The position numbers and the translations under genes were made by a program. Positions 31,192 to 41,659 of a stretch of DNA of 64,000 nucleotides are shown piece by piece (position 1 is the first letter of the stretch; the number at the start of each line of letters is the position of its first letter). The notes beneath the pieces were generated by a model that saw only the letters and a list, made by a program, of their open reading frames with translations, did no database searches and was not told the origin of the DNA. Source of the stretch: Methanotrichaceae archaeon (GTDB lineage Archaea > Halobacteriota > Methanosarcinia > Methanotrichales > Methanotrichaceae); assembly GCA_963748825.1 (NCBI GenBank), contig CAVVKN010000003.1:1-64000 (forward strand), written 5' to 3'.

Positions 31192-31349
31192 CTTCGAAGT
31201 CCCAATCCTATTGCCGGTTTCTTGATTATTATTGTGCCGTCACCAAGCTGGTCTATGGCAAGCTTATCTCCTGCATTCAGGTCCAGTTTAAATCTAATAT
31301 CCAAAGGAAGAAGCACCTTGCCATTGGCATCCAATTTTGTAATTGCCAT
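31188..31349 (-). CDS. AbrB/MazE/SpoVT-family DNA-binding protein
   Basis: MAITKLDANGKVLLP.DIR..L.L..GD.L; 53 aa from ATG 31349. Confidence 0.85.
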   Translation of the reverse strand: MAITKLDANGKVLLPLDIRFKLDLNAGDKLAIDQLGDGTIIIKKPAIGLGLRR

Positions 31350-31360
31350 CCAATTCAACC

Positions 31361-31579
31361 TTATGCTTCCCTTTTGCCTATGGGATCTTCTTCCAGTCTC
31401 TTCCAGATCGTTAGCCCATGATTGTTCCGGGTCAAGATGAATCCCAGCCCTCTTAGCTCCAATCTGGCCTGCTGAGGGCTCAGTCCGCAGGCTTGCGCTA
31501 CGCGCTTCAGCTCTCCGCGATCGAGGATCTGACCCCGTAAACATGGCTTATGTTTTAAGTATTCTCTGATTGCTAACAT
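31361..31579 (-). CDS. Small hypothetical protein, possibly winged-helix
   Basis: ELKRVAQACGLS...ARLELRGLGF; heads the AbrB/ABC operon. Confidence 0.55.
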   Translation of the reverse strand: MLAIREYLKHKPCLRGQILDRGELKRVAQACGLSPQQARLELRGLGFILTRNNHGLTIWKRLEEDPIGKREA

Positions 31580-31759
31580 GCTGCAATTCCCCAATTATCA
31601 TCATGTCCTTGCTGCAAACCAGCCTGGTCCAACCTGCATGGAACGATATATAAAAACTGAGCCGAACGAACAGCAAAATGTCTGAGAGCAAGTGCCTGAA
31701 AAAACGTTTAGATGGTTCCGTTTGCGCCAAAAATGGCAATAACGGTTCAATTTAGGAAT

Positions 31760-33082
31760 TCATACCAAATTCCCATCCGATTTTATAATATCCATGAACT
31801 CCAAAACGGAATATGCCGATCGATTGACTCCAGCACTTCGCTTCGTGGTATCGGTTCCTACACAGTATAGATTTTTTAATGGAGTCCTCACATCTCCAAA
31901 GCCGCAGTTTATGCCCCAGGATGCTTTTTCAGGTATCAATTCCTGATAATGTATCATATCGATATGCGTTTCGATATCCGGTATGGTATCGACTATTGTT
32001 TGAAATGCCCTTTTCTTTATTGTCGATGCATCATATTCGCCGGGCAAGGTAAACGCAAAACCTACCAGCTGATTTCCTTTGGGTGCCAGCGTAGGATCGT
32101 AATTTGAGGTCGGAACCACCCAGGCATAGGGATCGGAGTCAACCCACATCTCCGAGCCGTAGTTGTTAAATATTTTCTTAGTCAGGCCCAGCCATATGGT
32201 GAGGGAATTAACTCTTTTTATAGATGTCAAATTCTTGGTGTATTCTGCGGGCAGATTATCGATCAGATAAGGCAGGTCGGATGAACAGCCGGAATAAACA
32301 ACGGTATCGCAGTCATAGCTGTCTTCAGAGGTTATCACACCTTCCACTCGCTCGCTGCATTCGATCTTATTCACCGCAACATTGGTTTTGATCTCCACAC
32401 TATCCTTAGGAAATGATTCCACTATGGAGCTTACAATGGATTGCAGACCGCCTTTGGGGTATCCCTGGTCTGTGGCGCCTTCCTTTATGAACAGGTCATA
32501 TAGTTTTCCTACGTAGGGAACAGTTCTGGGATGATGGGTCTTATTGTCCACGAATCGAGAAATAGGTGCATTTTCTATGGATGTTCCAACCATGAAGTAA
32601 CATAGCCAGTCCAGAAATCTTCGCGTCGTTATGGAGACCTTATTCGGAAGAATCTGGGAGAGAGTGATATTGGAAAAATCCTTGCCGGCATTTTTCAGAT
32701 ACAGGATATTGAACAACGCCCTCATCAAGAGCAATCTGTCCGTCATGGGAAGCAAGCCGAAAGTCAGCCAGGCATTGATGCTCCATGGGAACGGTTTTAT
32801 ATCGTTGCCGATTCTTACATAATATTTTCCAGAAGGGATAAACTGAGGAACTATTTTGAAATATCTGTCCATCAGTTCCTTGAGCGGGCCGTTTTCCAGC
32901 CTGGTGATGATGTGAGGGCCTGTATCGACACGATAGCCGTTTACATCATACGACCGGCAGACCCCGCCAATGTAACTCTCCTTCTCCAAGATCACTACCT
33001 TTTTGCCCTCTCTAGAAAGCGCTAGGGCGGACAATAAGCCACTGATTCCTGAACCAATCACAATGACATCTTTACTTTTCAT
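31760..33082 (-). CDS. Phytoene desaturase/amine oxidase-family FAD oxidoreductase
   Basis: VIGSGISGL, GGVCRSY.V.GY.VDTGPH, YPKGG, NLYCVGTD. Confidence 0.85.
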   Translation of the reverse strand: MKSKDVIVIGSGISGLLSALALSREGKKVVILEKESYIGGVCRSYDVNGYRVDTGPHIITRLENGPLKELMDRYFKIVPQFIPSGKYYVRIGNDIKPFPWSINAWLTFGLLPMTDRLLLMRALFNILYLKNAGKDFSNITLSQILPNKVSITTRRFLDWLCYFMVGTSIENAPISRFVDNKTHHPRTVPYVGKLYDLFIKEGATDQGYPKGGLQSIVSSIVESFPKDSVEIKTNVAVNKIECSERVEGVITSEDSYDCDTVVYSGCSSDLPYLIDNLPAEYTKNLTSIKRVNSLTIWLGLTKKIFNNYGSEMWVDSDPYAWVVPTSNYDPTLAPKGNQLVGFAFTLPGEYDASTIKKRAFQTIVDTIPDIETHIDMIHYQELIPEKASWGINCGFGDVRTPLKNLYCVGTDTTKRSAGVNRSAYSVLEFMDIIKSDGNLV

Positions 33083-33464
33083 GATTCACCCATTATTATA
33101 CGAACCTGGAAATCAGCAGTTTTTTTCTCCATCTTCTAGAAAGCACCCCAACTGAATAATAATATTACCGTGGACATGTTATACTTTTTCCAGATTGCCT
33201 TTCTCGAATCTATTCGCGTATTCTTTCGCTAGATTTATTAAGGCTTTTGGCTTTGCGGGGCTCCATTTCAATTTAACCAATTGGCCTGCATGCATAGGAA
33301 ACACAATATCAAAAACACCCACCGGCTAAAAAAACCCGGCGCTCGATCAGAAGGCTCGGGTGTTTGGTCGAAAAGAGCCTTTATATCTGATAAGGTGAAT
33401 CCTTGCGCCTTGCACATTTACATAAAGGAATCGAGCATGCAGATGGTTTAATGCGTGGGATGAC

Positions 33465-33746
33465 ATGATCACCAGGGAAGATGTGGAGCACATCAGCTGG
33501 CTTGCCAGCATCAAGATCGAGGATGAGGAGAAAGATGAGTTAGTGGAGCATTTCAACTCAATTTTGGAATACTTCCACCAGCTGGATGAGGTGGACACCG
33601 AGGGAGTAGAGCCCACCTATCGTGTTGTAGACCTAGCCAATATCTTTCGAGAGGATGTGGCCTTCCAGTCCCTCTCTCAGGACCAGGCGCTCAAGAATGC
33701 GCCGCGCACGGAAAATGGCTACTTTAAGAGCCCCAGGATTGTGTAA
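33465..33746 (+). CDS. gatC: Asp/Glu-tRNA amidotransferase subunit C
   Basis: IL.YF..L.EVDTEGVEP, NAP..ENGYFK.P. Confidence 0.95.
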   Translation: MITREDVEHISWLASIKIEDEEKDELVEHFNSILEYFHQLDEVDTEGVEPTYRVVDLANIFREDVAFQSLSQDQALKNAPRTENGYFKSPRIV

Positions 33747-33748
33747 TC

Positions 33749-35167
33749 ATGCTCTCGGAATTAAAGGCCAGGCTATTAGCCGAATCATGCGAGGAGTACC
33801 TTTGCCGGCTCTTTGAGAGAATCGAGAAGAGCTCGCTTAATGCCTTCACTACTTTAGCCAAAGAGAGCGCATTGAATGAGGCCAGACAGTTCGACAAAAA
33901 TCCCAGCCAGGGCCTCTTAGCGGGAGTGCCCATCGCCATCAAAGAGTGCATCTCCACCAATGGAATTGAAACCAATTGCAGCTCTCGAATACTGCGCGGA
34001 TATATCCCGCCCTATGATGCCCATGTCATCGAGCGCCTCAAGGCGGAAGGGGCCATCATCGTTGGAAAGACCAACATGGACGAGTTTGCTATGGGCACCT
34101 CCACGGAGACGAGCTGCTTTGGGCCGACAAAAAATCCCTGGGATCAGTCATGCGTTCCGGGCGGCTCCAGCGGCGGAAGCGCTGCTGTTGTGGCCGGGGG
34201 CGAAGCGCCCTGCGCATTGGGTTCGGATACGGGCGGCTCAGTGCGCTGTCCTGCATCCTTTTGCGGCGTTGTGGGACTCAAGCCCACCTACGGCCTGGTC
34301 TCACGCTATGGCCTAGTGGCCTATGCCAACTCCCTGGAGCAGATCGGCCCGCTTACCCATACTGTAGAGGATACCGCTCTTCTCATGGAGGTCATTTCAG
34401 GGCACGACGGACGGGATTCCACATCGGCTGAGGGAGAGCGTCGCAGTTATTTGCCGGGCCTGAAAGACGGCATCGCCGGCCTGAAGATCGGCATTCCCAA
34501 GGAGTACTTCGGCGAGGGAGTGAATGAAGATGTGGAAAAGGCCGTTTGGGACGGCATTCATACCCTGGAATCACTGGGCGCATCCTGGCAGGAGATCAGC
34601 CTGCCCCATACCCGCTATGCTCTGGCCGCCTACTATGTCATTGCCATGAGCGAGGCCTCCTCCAATCTGGCCCGCTTCGACGGTCTGCGCTATGGCTCCC
34701 GTCAGGGGGAGGATAAGGACTGGCATACTACATTCTCGGCTATTCGCGCAAAGGGCTTTGGGCCGGAGGTGAAAAGGCGCATAATGCTGGGAACCTATGC
34801 CCTCTCCGCTGGCTATTACGGTCGCTACTACCTCAAAGCTCTCAAGGTGAGGACGCTGATAAAAGAGGACTTTTTGCGCGCCTTCAAGGAGGTGGATCTT
34901 CTGGCCAGCCCTACCATGCCCATTCCCGCCTTCAAGATCGGTGAGCGCATCAACGATCCGCTCTCCCTCTACATGGCCGACGTCTTTACCGTGCCCATCA
35001 ATTTGGCAGGCGTGCCAGCCATCTCCGTGCCCTGCGGCTTTGCCGGGCGGTTGCCCGTGGGCCTGCAGCTCATAGGCCCGCACTTCGGTGAGGCGGCGGT
35101 CCTGAAGGCCGCTCAGGCCTTCGAGGCGGCCACGCCTTTCCATGAGGCCAAACCGGAGGTGATCTAG
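33749..35167 (+). CDS. gatA: Asp/Glu-tRNA amidotransferase subunit A
   Basis: GKTNMDEFAMG, PGGSSGGS, GSDTGGSVR, SSNLARFDG. Confidence 0.97.
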   Translation: MLSELKARLLAESCEEYLCRLFERIEKSSLNAFTTLAKESALNEARQFDKNPSQGLLAGVPIAIKECISTNGIETNCSSRILRGYIPPYDAHVIERLKAEGAIIVGKTNMDEFAMGTSTETSCFGPTKNPWDQSCVPGGSSGGSAAVVAGGEAPCALGSDTGGSVRCPASFCGVVGLKPTYGLVSRYGLVAYANSLEQIGPLTHTVEDTALLMEVISGHDGRDSTSAEGERRSYLPGLKDGIAGLKIGIPKEYFGEGVNEDVEKAVWDGIHTLESLGASWQEISLPHTRYALAAYYVIAMSEASSNLARFDGLRYGSRQGEDKDWHTTFSAIRAKGFGPEVKRRIMLGTYALSAGYYGRYYLKALKVRTLIKEDFLRAFKEVDLLASPTMPIPAFKIGERINDPLSLYMADVFTVPINLAGVPAISVPCGFAGRLPVGLQLIGPHFGEAAVLKAAQAFEAATPFHEAKPEVI

Positions 35168-35168
35168 A

Positions 35169-36584
35169 ATGGAAGACGTCATCATTGGCCTTGAGATTCA
35201 CGTGCAGCTCAACCGCCTGCAGTCCAAGATGTTCTGCGGCTGCTCCACGGCTTATCATAACTCACCGCCCAACAGTCATACCTGCCCCGTTTGCCTGGGG
35301 CTGCCCGGCTCTCTGCCTGTCATCAACAAAAAAGCGGTAGAGTGCGGCATAAAGGTGGGGCTGGCCTTGAACTGCACGATCGAGGAGGAGACGCTCTTTT
35401 ACCGGAAGAACTACTACTATCCAGATCTTCCCAAGGGCTTTCAGATCAGCCAGTACGACTATCCTCTGGCCGTTCAGGGCCACATCATGATCCTGGGCGA
35501 CGATGGAGCGGAAAGAAATATTCGCATCAACCGGGCGCATATGGAGGAGGACCCCGGACGGCTGGTGCACGCGGGCACCATTGACAAGGCCAAGTACACC
35601 ATGGTGGACTACAACCGCTGCGGCATGCCCCTGCTGGAGGTCGTGACCGAGCCGGACCTCTGCTCACCCAAAGAGGCGCGCGCCTTCCTGGACAAGCTCA
35701 GAAGCATTCTCGAGTATCTGGATGTCTTCGACGGCTCACAGGAAGGGTCCATGCGCGTTGATGCCAATATATCCCTGAAAGGCGGAGACCGATCTGAGGT
35801 CAAGAACATCACCGGCTTTAAAGGCGTGGAGAAGGCCCTCTCCTACGAGATCACCCGGCAGAAGAACCTGCAGCGAAGGAACATCAAAGTGGTGCAGGAG
35901 ACGCGCCACTTCGATGAACTGCGTAACGTCACCGTCTCCATAAGAAGCAAGGTGGGCGCTCACGACTACCGCTACTATCCAGAGGCCGATTTGGCAGTCA
36001 TGCGCGTCGCTCCTTGGGTGCCGGAGATAAGAGCTGCGCTCCCTGAGCTGCCCGACGTCAAGCGGGAGAGGTTTGTCAAGCAGTACGGTCTGGCAGATGA
36101 TCATGCCAAATCCCTTACATCGGAGATCAAGCTGGCCAACTTCTACGAGGCCGTCGCGGCGCGGGCTTCGCCCAAGCTGGCGGCGGTCTGGATCGCAGAT
36201 GTGCTCAAAGGCGAGCTGAACTACCGGGATCTGGCCATCGAGAGCTTCCGGGAGGAGCACATGGCTGAGATAGTGCAATTGCTGGAGAAGAGCACGATCA
36301 GCGAGGACGGGGCGGTGCAGATCATACGCGAGCTGCTGGACAAAAAGGGCGGCACGCCTCAGGAGATCGTCCTGGCCCTGGGTCTTTGCAGAGCGGAGGA
36401 CGATGCCGTGCAAAAAGCGGTGCGAGAGGCCGTGGTGGAAAGTGCTGCGGCAGTGGCCGACTACCGGGCGGGAAGCGAGCGGGCACTGAACTTCATTGTG
36501 GGCCTGGTCATGAAGAAGACGCGAGGCAAGGCTGATGCCGGCGAGGTGCACAAGCTGGTTAAGGAAGAAGTGGACAAGGCCTAG
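35169..36584 (+). CDS. gatB: Asp/Glu-tRNA amidotransferase subunit B
   Basis: IGLEIHVQL, RKNYYYPDLPKG.QISQ, HMEED.G, DYRYYPE. Confidence 0.97.
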   Translation: MEDVIIGLEIHVQLNRLQSKMFCGCSTAYHNSPPNSHTCPVCLGLPGSLPVINKKAVECGIKVGLALNCTIEEETLFYRKNYYYPDLPKGFQISQYDYPLAVQGHIMILGDDGAERNIRINRAHMEEDPGRLVHAGTIDKAKYTMVDYNRCGMPLLEVVTEPDLCSPKEARAFLDKLRSILEYLDVFDGSQEGSMRVDANISLKGGDRSEVKNITGFKGVEKALSYEITRQKNLQRRNIKVVQETRHFDELRNVTVSIRSKVGAHDYRYYPEADLAVMRVAPWVPEIRAALPELPDVKRERFVKQYGLADDHAKSLTSEIKLANFYEAVAARASPKLAAVWIADVLKGELNYRDLAIESFREEHMAEIVQLLEKSTISEDGAVQIIRELLDKKGGTPQEIVLALGLCRAEDDAVQKAVREAVVESAAAVADYRAGSERALNFIVGLVMKKTRGKADAGEVHKLVKEEVDKA

Positions 36585-36783
36585 ATGGCTTTTGTCCCCC
36601 GTGAATAGAAGGATGAGCGCTCTCGCGTCGTCAGGGCTCGTTTCTCGATGAAATGCTCTTCTTTATTTCCTGGAAGGAGTACGTCTTGACTTTTCCTGCC
36701 TTCAGTTCCATCATCTCGATTCACCACTGCTTTGTGCGCCAGGGATTGCTCTTCTTCGTTTATCATTGCTTTTATGATTGAGT

Positions 36784-37302
36784 TCACTTAGCTACCTGCC
36801 AGCGTCCGCCTTTATCTGGGCCGATGCGCTGAATGCGACCTTTTGCTTTCATTTTTTCTATCTGCATCTTGATGGCTCTCTCCGTGATGCCGATGTGTAG
36901 GGCAAGGTCTGCGATAGTAATCCCCGGATCATTCTGCATGAGTTCGATGATTTTCCGGGAAGTTTTCTGGGAAGCTTTTCCCGCTAACCCCGCATCATCA
37001 AGCTCTTTGCGGTGAATGGTGGCGATGAACATGCATCCTTCTCGGTCGTCTGTAAAACTGATATCCGGCCAGTCCTCCAGAGCGCGTTTAATTCCGGAAC
37101 CCAATCCTTTGTAAGGCAGCAGCCCTTTGGCCGCGTAGGACACGAGAATTGGATTTCGGATATTCGAAATGCCTGAGGGGATTTTTTCCACGGTCAGGTT
37201 GTTTGGCAGATGGCCGGGACTGATAATCTCAATGCGGTCGTTGAAAATGAATAGGCGAATCGTGGCGTTCACGAGATAGTCCCGGTGGATCAGCGCGTTG
37301 AC
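36784..37302 (-). pseudogene. 5'-truncated fragment: RecG-C/HATPase_c_4-like domain plus wHTH
   Basis: VNALIHRDY, DRIEIISPG.LP, RNP, GLGSGI, RIGPDKGGRW; homology starts abruptly near 37302. Confidence 0.75.
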
Positions 37303-37389
37303 CCAAGTCTGCCAGCCTTTGCAATCAAATATATGCAGCCGGACCCAAGTCCGGATTGAGCCGAAGCTCTCATCGCATCGGGAAGATTA

Positions 37390-38943
37390 TCATCCATTTT
37401 TCTCCTTGGCAAACCAGGCCCGGCCTTTCTCGGTGAGGCGGTATTTCTGCAGGCTGCTCCTGGGCTTGTCCGGAATGGTCAGCTCAACAAGACCCTTGGC
37501 TAGTGCTGGATCAAGATAGCGTTTCCGCATATGCGTTCTGTCCCTCAGACCAAGTTTGCTTCGGATCTCCAGATTGCCCAAAGCACCACACGAGTCCAAT
37601 AAAAGCAAGAGCACTTCTACGGCAGGGTTGACTGGTGGAGTGACTGGTAGAGTGACTGGTAGAGTGACTGGTAGAGTGACTGGTGGAGTGACTTGGGGGG
37701 TGACCGCTTTGAGGGCCAGCTCAGGCTTCCTGCGTATGATGGTAACGAAACCGTCCGTCAGGTAGAATTCCGGTTCCAGGAGGCCGGCATTGCGGCAGCG
37801 TTCAATCATATCCCCAACGCCCGTCCCCATGCGTTCGATGTATTTGGTGAGATAGAGCGATTCTGCGAGCAGAGGGTTGCCGGGAACCGAGCCGTGCGGC
37901 AGCCGGAGCCTTGCCAGGGTCAGCGTGGGCGGCAAAGTTCCTGGATTCCATACCTCCAGCCTGTCTGAGAAGAGCATCACCTGAATGCTGCCGTTGCTGG
38001 TGTAGTCACGATGGGCTATCGCATTTACTATCGCCTCTCGCACCACCTCAGGCGGCATCTCGTAAGCCACCGGTGCTTGCGTGCTCTTCTCTCGCGTGCC
38101 TACAGCCAGATTGATCTTGGAGAGCACAAAATCCACGGCCTGATCTACCAGATCGAAGGCGGTTCCCTTGTAAACCTGGTAGAAGGGAATGGGCTTTCGG
38201 ACATCGGTTCCATGGAAATGAGCGCACTTGACCTCGGAAGAGATAAGAAAACGCTGTGGCTTGTTGCCGAAGAGAAGAACCGCGGCGTTGGTCGGCAGTC
38301 CGTTCTTGAGCAGGTTCAAGTGCTCGAGCACATGAACGGGGAGTGTGTCTTCCGAGAGCGGAAAGCCTCGGGCGCGGCGGGCTATTCCCAGGAAGAGCCG
38401 AATTTTCTCGGACGAGAGGTCTTCCATCGTGGCGTCCGGACAGGGGGTGGCATCGAAGGGGCCAAAGCGGAGCAGTTCTTTAGCCGCGAGGAAGTCTACC
38501 AAACTGGCATAGATGGATGGAAGCAGTTCGGCAGATGAGAGAAATCGGCGTCGAATCAATTGTGCGCCAGCCTCTGCAATCAAGGCCTGCATTTTTGGGT
38601 GTTTGCCGGAATCGGTTGCCCCTTTGACGAAAACCAGGCGATGCTTGCCAAGGCGGGTGGCTTCGCAAAACTCGCGGTGAGTGGGAGAGAGTCCGTCACT
38701 GTCCTCTCTTCCGTAATCATTTCCCAGGAGGGCTACATAGATGTCAGAGGAGCCTACCTCGGCGAGGTAGACCGCATCTGCACGCCGGTCGGCTGCGGGA
38801 AGGTCTTCGAAGAGGAAAACATCGAAGAACCGGCACAGCAAGGCATCATCCCTGAGGTAGGCCTTAAGCGCCTGCCGTTCATTTTCCATCTCCTTTTGCA
38901 CGGAACTGACGAATACCTTTAGGCGAATCATCTCAGGTTGCAC
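37390..38943 (-). CDS. DUF4062-like N-terminal domain, ATP-binding (RecG-C/HATPase_c_4-like) domain and C-terminal HTH
   Basis: VFVSSVQKE..ER, YG....S.T.REF, REAIVNA.AHRDY, ERMGTG, TIPDKPRS..QKYRLT. Confidence 0.85.
   Translation of the reverse strand: MQPEMIRLKVFVSSVQKEMENERQALKAYLRDDALLCRFFDVFLFEDLPAADRRADAVYLAEVGSSDIYVALLGNDYGREDSDGLSPTHREFCEATRLGKHRLVFVKGATDSGKHPKMQALIAEAGAQLIRRRFLSSAELLPSIYASLVDFLAAKELLRFGPFDATPCPDATMEDLSSEKIRLFLGIARRARGFPLSEDTLPVHVLEHLNLLKNGLPTNAAVLLFGNKPQRFLISSEVKCAHFHGTDVRKPIPFYQVYKGTAFDLVDQAVDFVLSKINLAVGTREKSTQAPVAYEMPPEVVREAIVNAIAHRDYTSNGSIQVMLFSDRLEVWNPGTLPPTLTLARLRLPHGSVPGNPLLAESLYLTKYIERMGTGVGDMIERCRNAGLLEPEFYLTDGFVTIIRRKPELALKAVTPQVTPPVTLPVTLPVTLPVTPPVNPAVEVLLLLLDSCGALGNLEIRSKLGLRDRTHMRKRYLDPALAKGLVELTIPDKPRSSLQKYRLTEKGRAWFAKEKNG
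37628..37705. repeat. 12-bp tandem repeat (gtgactggtaga) encoding a (VTxP)n linker
   Basis: About 6.5 units; protein VTPQVTPPVTLPVTLPVTLPVTPPVNP. Confidence 0.9.
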
Positions 38944-39136
38944 TCCTGCCAGTAACCTCTGATCGGGCTTCCATCAACGCCAATGGCACCATTGCAGACC
39001 GCAGAGATACCGTTGATCTCCCTCTTTGTTGCATGAAACAACGCGATGAGGATATAAATCTTCAGGAAGAAAAATATGAGCGAGAATCGATTGCTTTTTA
39101 TCCATCCGGGTATTCATTGCCCCAGGTTGATCATCA

Positions 39137-40442
39137 ATGTCCGGTTACTGGGATCCACATATTGAGCGCATGCCCCTCGAGGACCTGCATGCTCTTCAAG
39201 AGGATCGGCTCAAGTCTACAGTGCGATACGTCTACGATCATTCCGCGTTCTACCGGCGGAGATTCAAGGAAGCAGGCGTGGAGCCTGGCGACATTAAGAC
39301 TCTCGCCGACATTACCAAGCTGCCCTTCACAAGGAAGGTGGACCTGCGGGACAACTATCCCACAGGCATGTTCAGTGCTCCCAAGAGCCAGGTCGTGCGC
39401 TACCACGTCTCCAGCGGCACCACGGGAAAGCCGACCGTTGTCGGCTACACCAAGGGCGATATCGAGACCTGGTCCGAGTCGCTGGCCCGGGCGCTGACCT
39501 CCATTGGCCTTGACAGTGACGATGTGGTGCAGGTAGGCTACGGCTATGGCCTTTTCACGGGCGGTCTCGGCCTGCACTACGGAGCAGAGCGCATCGGCGC
39601 GGCTGTGCTGCCGGTAGGCACGGGCAACACGGAGCGGCAGATCGAGCTGATGCAGGACCTGGGCACGACGGCCATCGCCTGCACGCCCTCCTACTTCCTG
39701 CACATCATGGAGGTGGCGGAGAAGATGGGCATCTCCATCAAGAAGGACACCCAGCTTAAGGCAGGCATCTTCGGGGCCGAGCCCTGGTCTCTGGAAACCA
39801 GGAAACGGATTGAGGATGCCACAGGCATCAATGCCTACGACATCTACGGCACCAGCGAGATTTCCGGCCCACTGTTCACGGAGTGCCACGCCAAGAAGGG
39901 CATTCACGTCTGGGCAGACATGTTCCTGATCGAAGTCCTCGACCCCAAGACGGATGAGCCGGTGGCAGACGGCGAGACGGGCGAGCTGGTCTTCACCACG
40001 CTGCACAAGTTCGCTTTGCCCCTCATCCGCTACCGCATCGGCGATCTGTCTATCATGAACAGTGAGCCCTGCGAGTGCGGTCGCACCCACCCGCGGATCA
40101 TGAGGATTTTGGGCCGAACAGACGACATGCTCATCATTCGCGGCATCAACGTCTTCCCGAGCCAGGTGGAGTCGGTGCTTGATGAACATTCCGGAGGTAG
40201 GCGACCACTGGGAGATCCTGGTGGACCGCAAGGGGCCGCTGGATATGATGACGGTGCGCGTCGAGCTGACAGAATCGGGCTTCTCAGACAAGATCGGCGA
40301 CCTGATGAAGCTCAAGAAAAATATCTCAAAAGAATTAAAAGGCGTGCTGAACATAGCTGCAGAAGTAGACCTGGTTGAGCCCGGCACCATCCCCCGTTCC
40401 ATGGGCAAGGCCAAGAGAGTAACAGATAACCGAAAGGTGTAG
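39137..40442 (+). CDS. paaK: Phenylacetate-CoA ligase family protein, split by a +1 frameshift near 40179-40180
   Basis: SSGTTGKP, YGYGLFTGG.G.H, YGTSE, GRTDDM.IIRG.NVFPSQVE, continuing to GKAKRVTD.R in the next frame. Confidence 0.88.
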
Positions 40443-40460
40443 GTGTAGGAGGCTTTCAAA

Positions 40461-40895
40461 ATGTCAGAGATCAAACAAATTTCCCTCTTTGTGGAGAACC
40501 GGCCGGGCAGAACGGCCAAAGTTGCCAAGACGCTATCAGATGCAGGTGTGAACATTCGCGCTCTCACCATTGCCGAGGCTGGCGACTTCGGTGTCATTCG
40601 CATGGTCCTGGATGATCCGGAGAAGGGCTACAAAGTTCTGAAAGAAAATGCCTTCACCGTCTCCATGACAGATGTTTTAGCCGTAGAGATGATGGACACT
40701 CCCGGCGGCCTTTATGAGATCGTAAATACCCTGGGACAGAACAACGTGAATGTGGATTACGCCTACGCCTTCGTCACAGCCAAGGCACAGCGTGCCATGC
40801 TCATCCTGCGGGTGGACGACATCGCCAAGGCCAGGCAGGTACTGGGCGAAAAGAACGTCAAGATCGCCACCAAGGAGGAGATCCAGGCCATTTGA
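40461..40895 (+). CDS. ACT-domain protein (two ACT domains)
   Basis: QISLFVENRPGR, NIRALTIAE..DFG, PGGL; usual neighbour of paaK. Confidence 0.9.
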   Translation: MSEIKQISLFVENRPGRTAKVAKTLSDAGVNIRALTIAEAGDFGVIRMVLDDPEKGYKVLKENAFTVSMTDVLAVEMMDTPGGLYEIVNTLGQNNVNVDYAYAFVTAKAQRAMLILRVDDIAKARQVLGEKNVKIATKEEIQAI

Positions 40896-41017
40896 GGGCC
40901 TGGGGCCACAGTTTATTTTTAATATTTTTTATTATATTTTTATTGCTGAAATATCAACGGGTCGTCATAAAATCTATATACATTGTTCGTCAATTTTTGT
41001 CAATTGGAGTTGACAAT

Positions 41018-41560
41018 ATGAAGCCCTTTACAGTACTTGTACCGGCCATCCTTCTCTTGGCCTGTCTGGCCTTGCCTTGCACCGCCCTGGAATCAAAAGT
41101 GCTTACCGTATCGGAGAAGACTCTTTCCGTGGATCTTGGTCCTAGCTTTGAGATTTACGGGGGCGAATTCAACGCCAGTGAAAAAGGAATGGTCTCTTCG
41201 GATTTCGTCATCAACAACACAGCTACAGCCGGAGCGGCATTCGTATCCGTCATGAGTGTCTATGATGAGATGATGAGCAAAATGAGCCCAGCCGCACTTT
41301 CCGAGCTTTTCCTGATCGGCGGCATCTCTGCGGTTGAAGCCAGAGGTGATACTGAGGCCGGAAACTGGACTGCTGTCGATAGCCAAGGCCGAAATGTGAC
41401 CGTTCACACTATGAACACAAAGGATCAGCGCGTTCAGATGCTTGGCGGCAGCTACGGCATAGCCGTCTGGAACCTGGACAGATCCACTTATGCCGTGATG
41501 GTATCGCTGTTTGATAAAAATAATACTACTCAAGCAATCAAGACTCTGGCCATCAGCTAG
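41018..41560 (+). CDS. Hypothetical secreted protein
   Basis: GGAG, ATG 41018, signal peptide MKPFTVLVPAILLLACLALPCTA. Confidence 0.75.
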   Translation: MKPFTVLVPAILLLACLALPCTALESKVLTVSEKTLSVDLGPSFEIYGGEFNASEKGMVSSDFVINNTATAGAAFVSVMSVYDEMMSKMSPAALSELFLIGGISAVEARGDTEAGNWTAVDSQGRNVTVHTMNTKDQRVQMLGGSYGIAVWNLDRSTYAVMVSLFDKNNTTQAIKTLAIS

Positions 41561-41659
41561 GCCGGAGCCTTTTTATTAATTTCATCGATGTCGCTTTCTT
41601 AGCATCAGGCGACTTTATTTTTCCGTTGATTGGACTAAAATGCTCTTAGATTCTTAGAT

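Noticed and set aside
31188-31594. Toxin-antitoxin module
   Set aside because: AbrB domain is present, but the neighbour has no PIN, MazF or RelE motifs.
36581-36787. 68-aa ORF after the truncated gene
   Set aside because: No recognisable motif; may be a remnant but cannot be supported as a gene.
39134-40603. 489-aa minus-strand ORF
   Set aside because: Antisense shadow of paaK and the ACT gene; no recognisable motifs.
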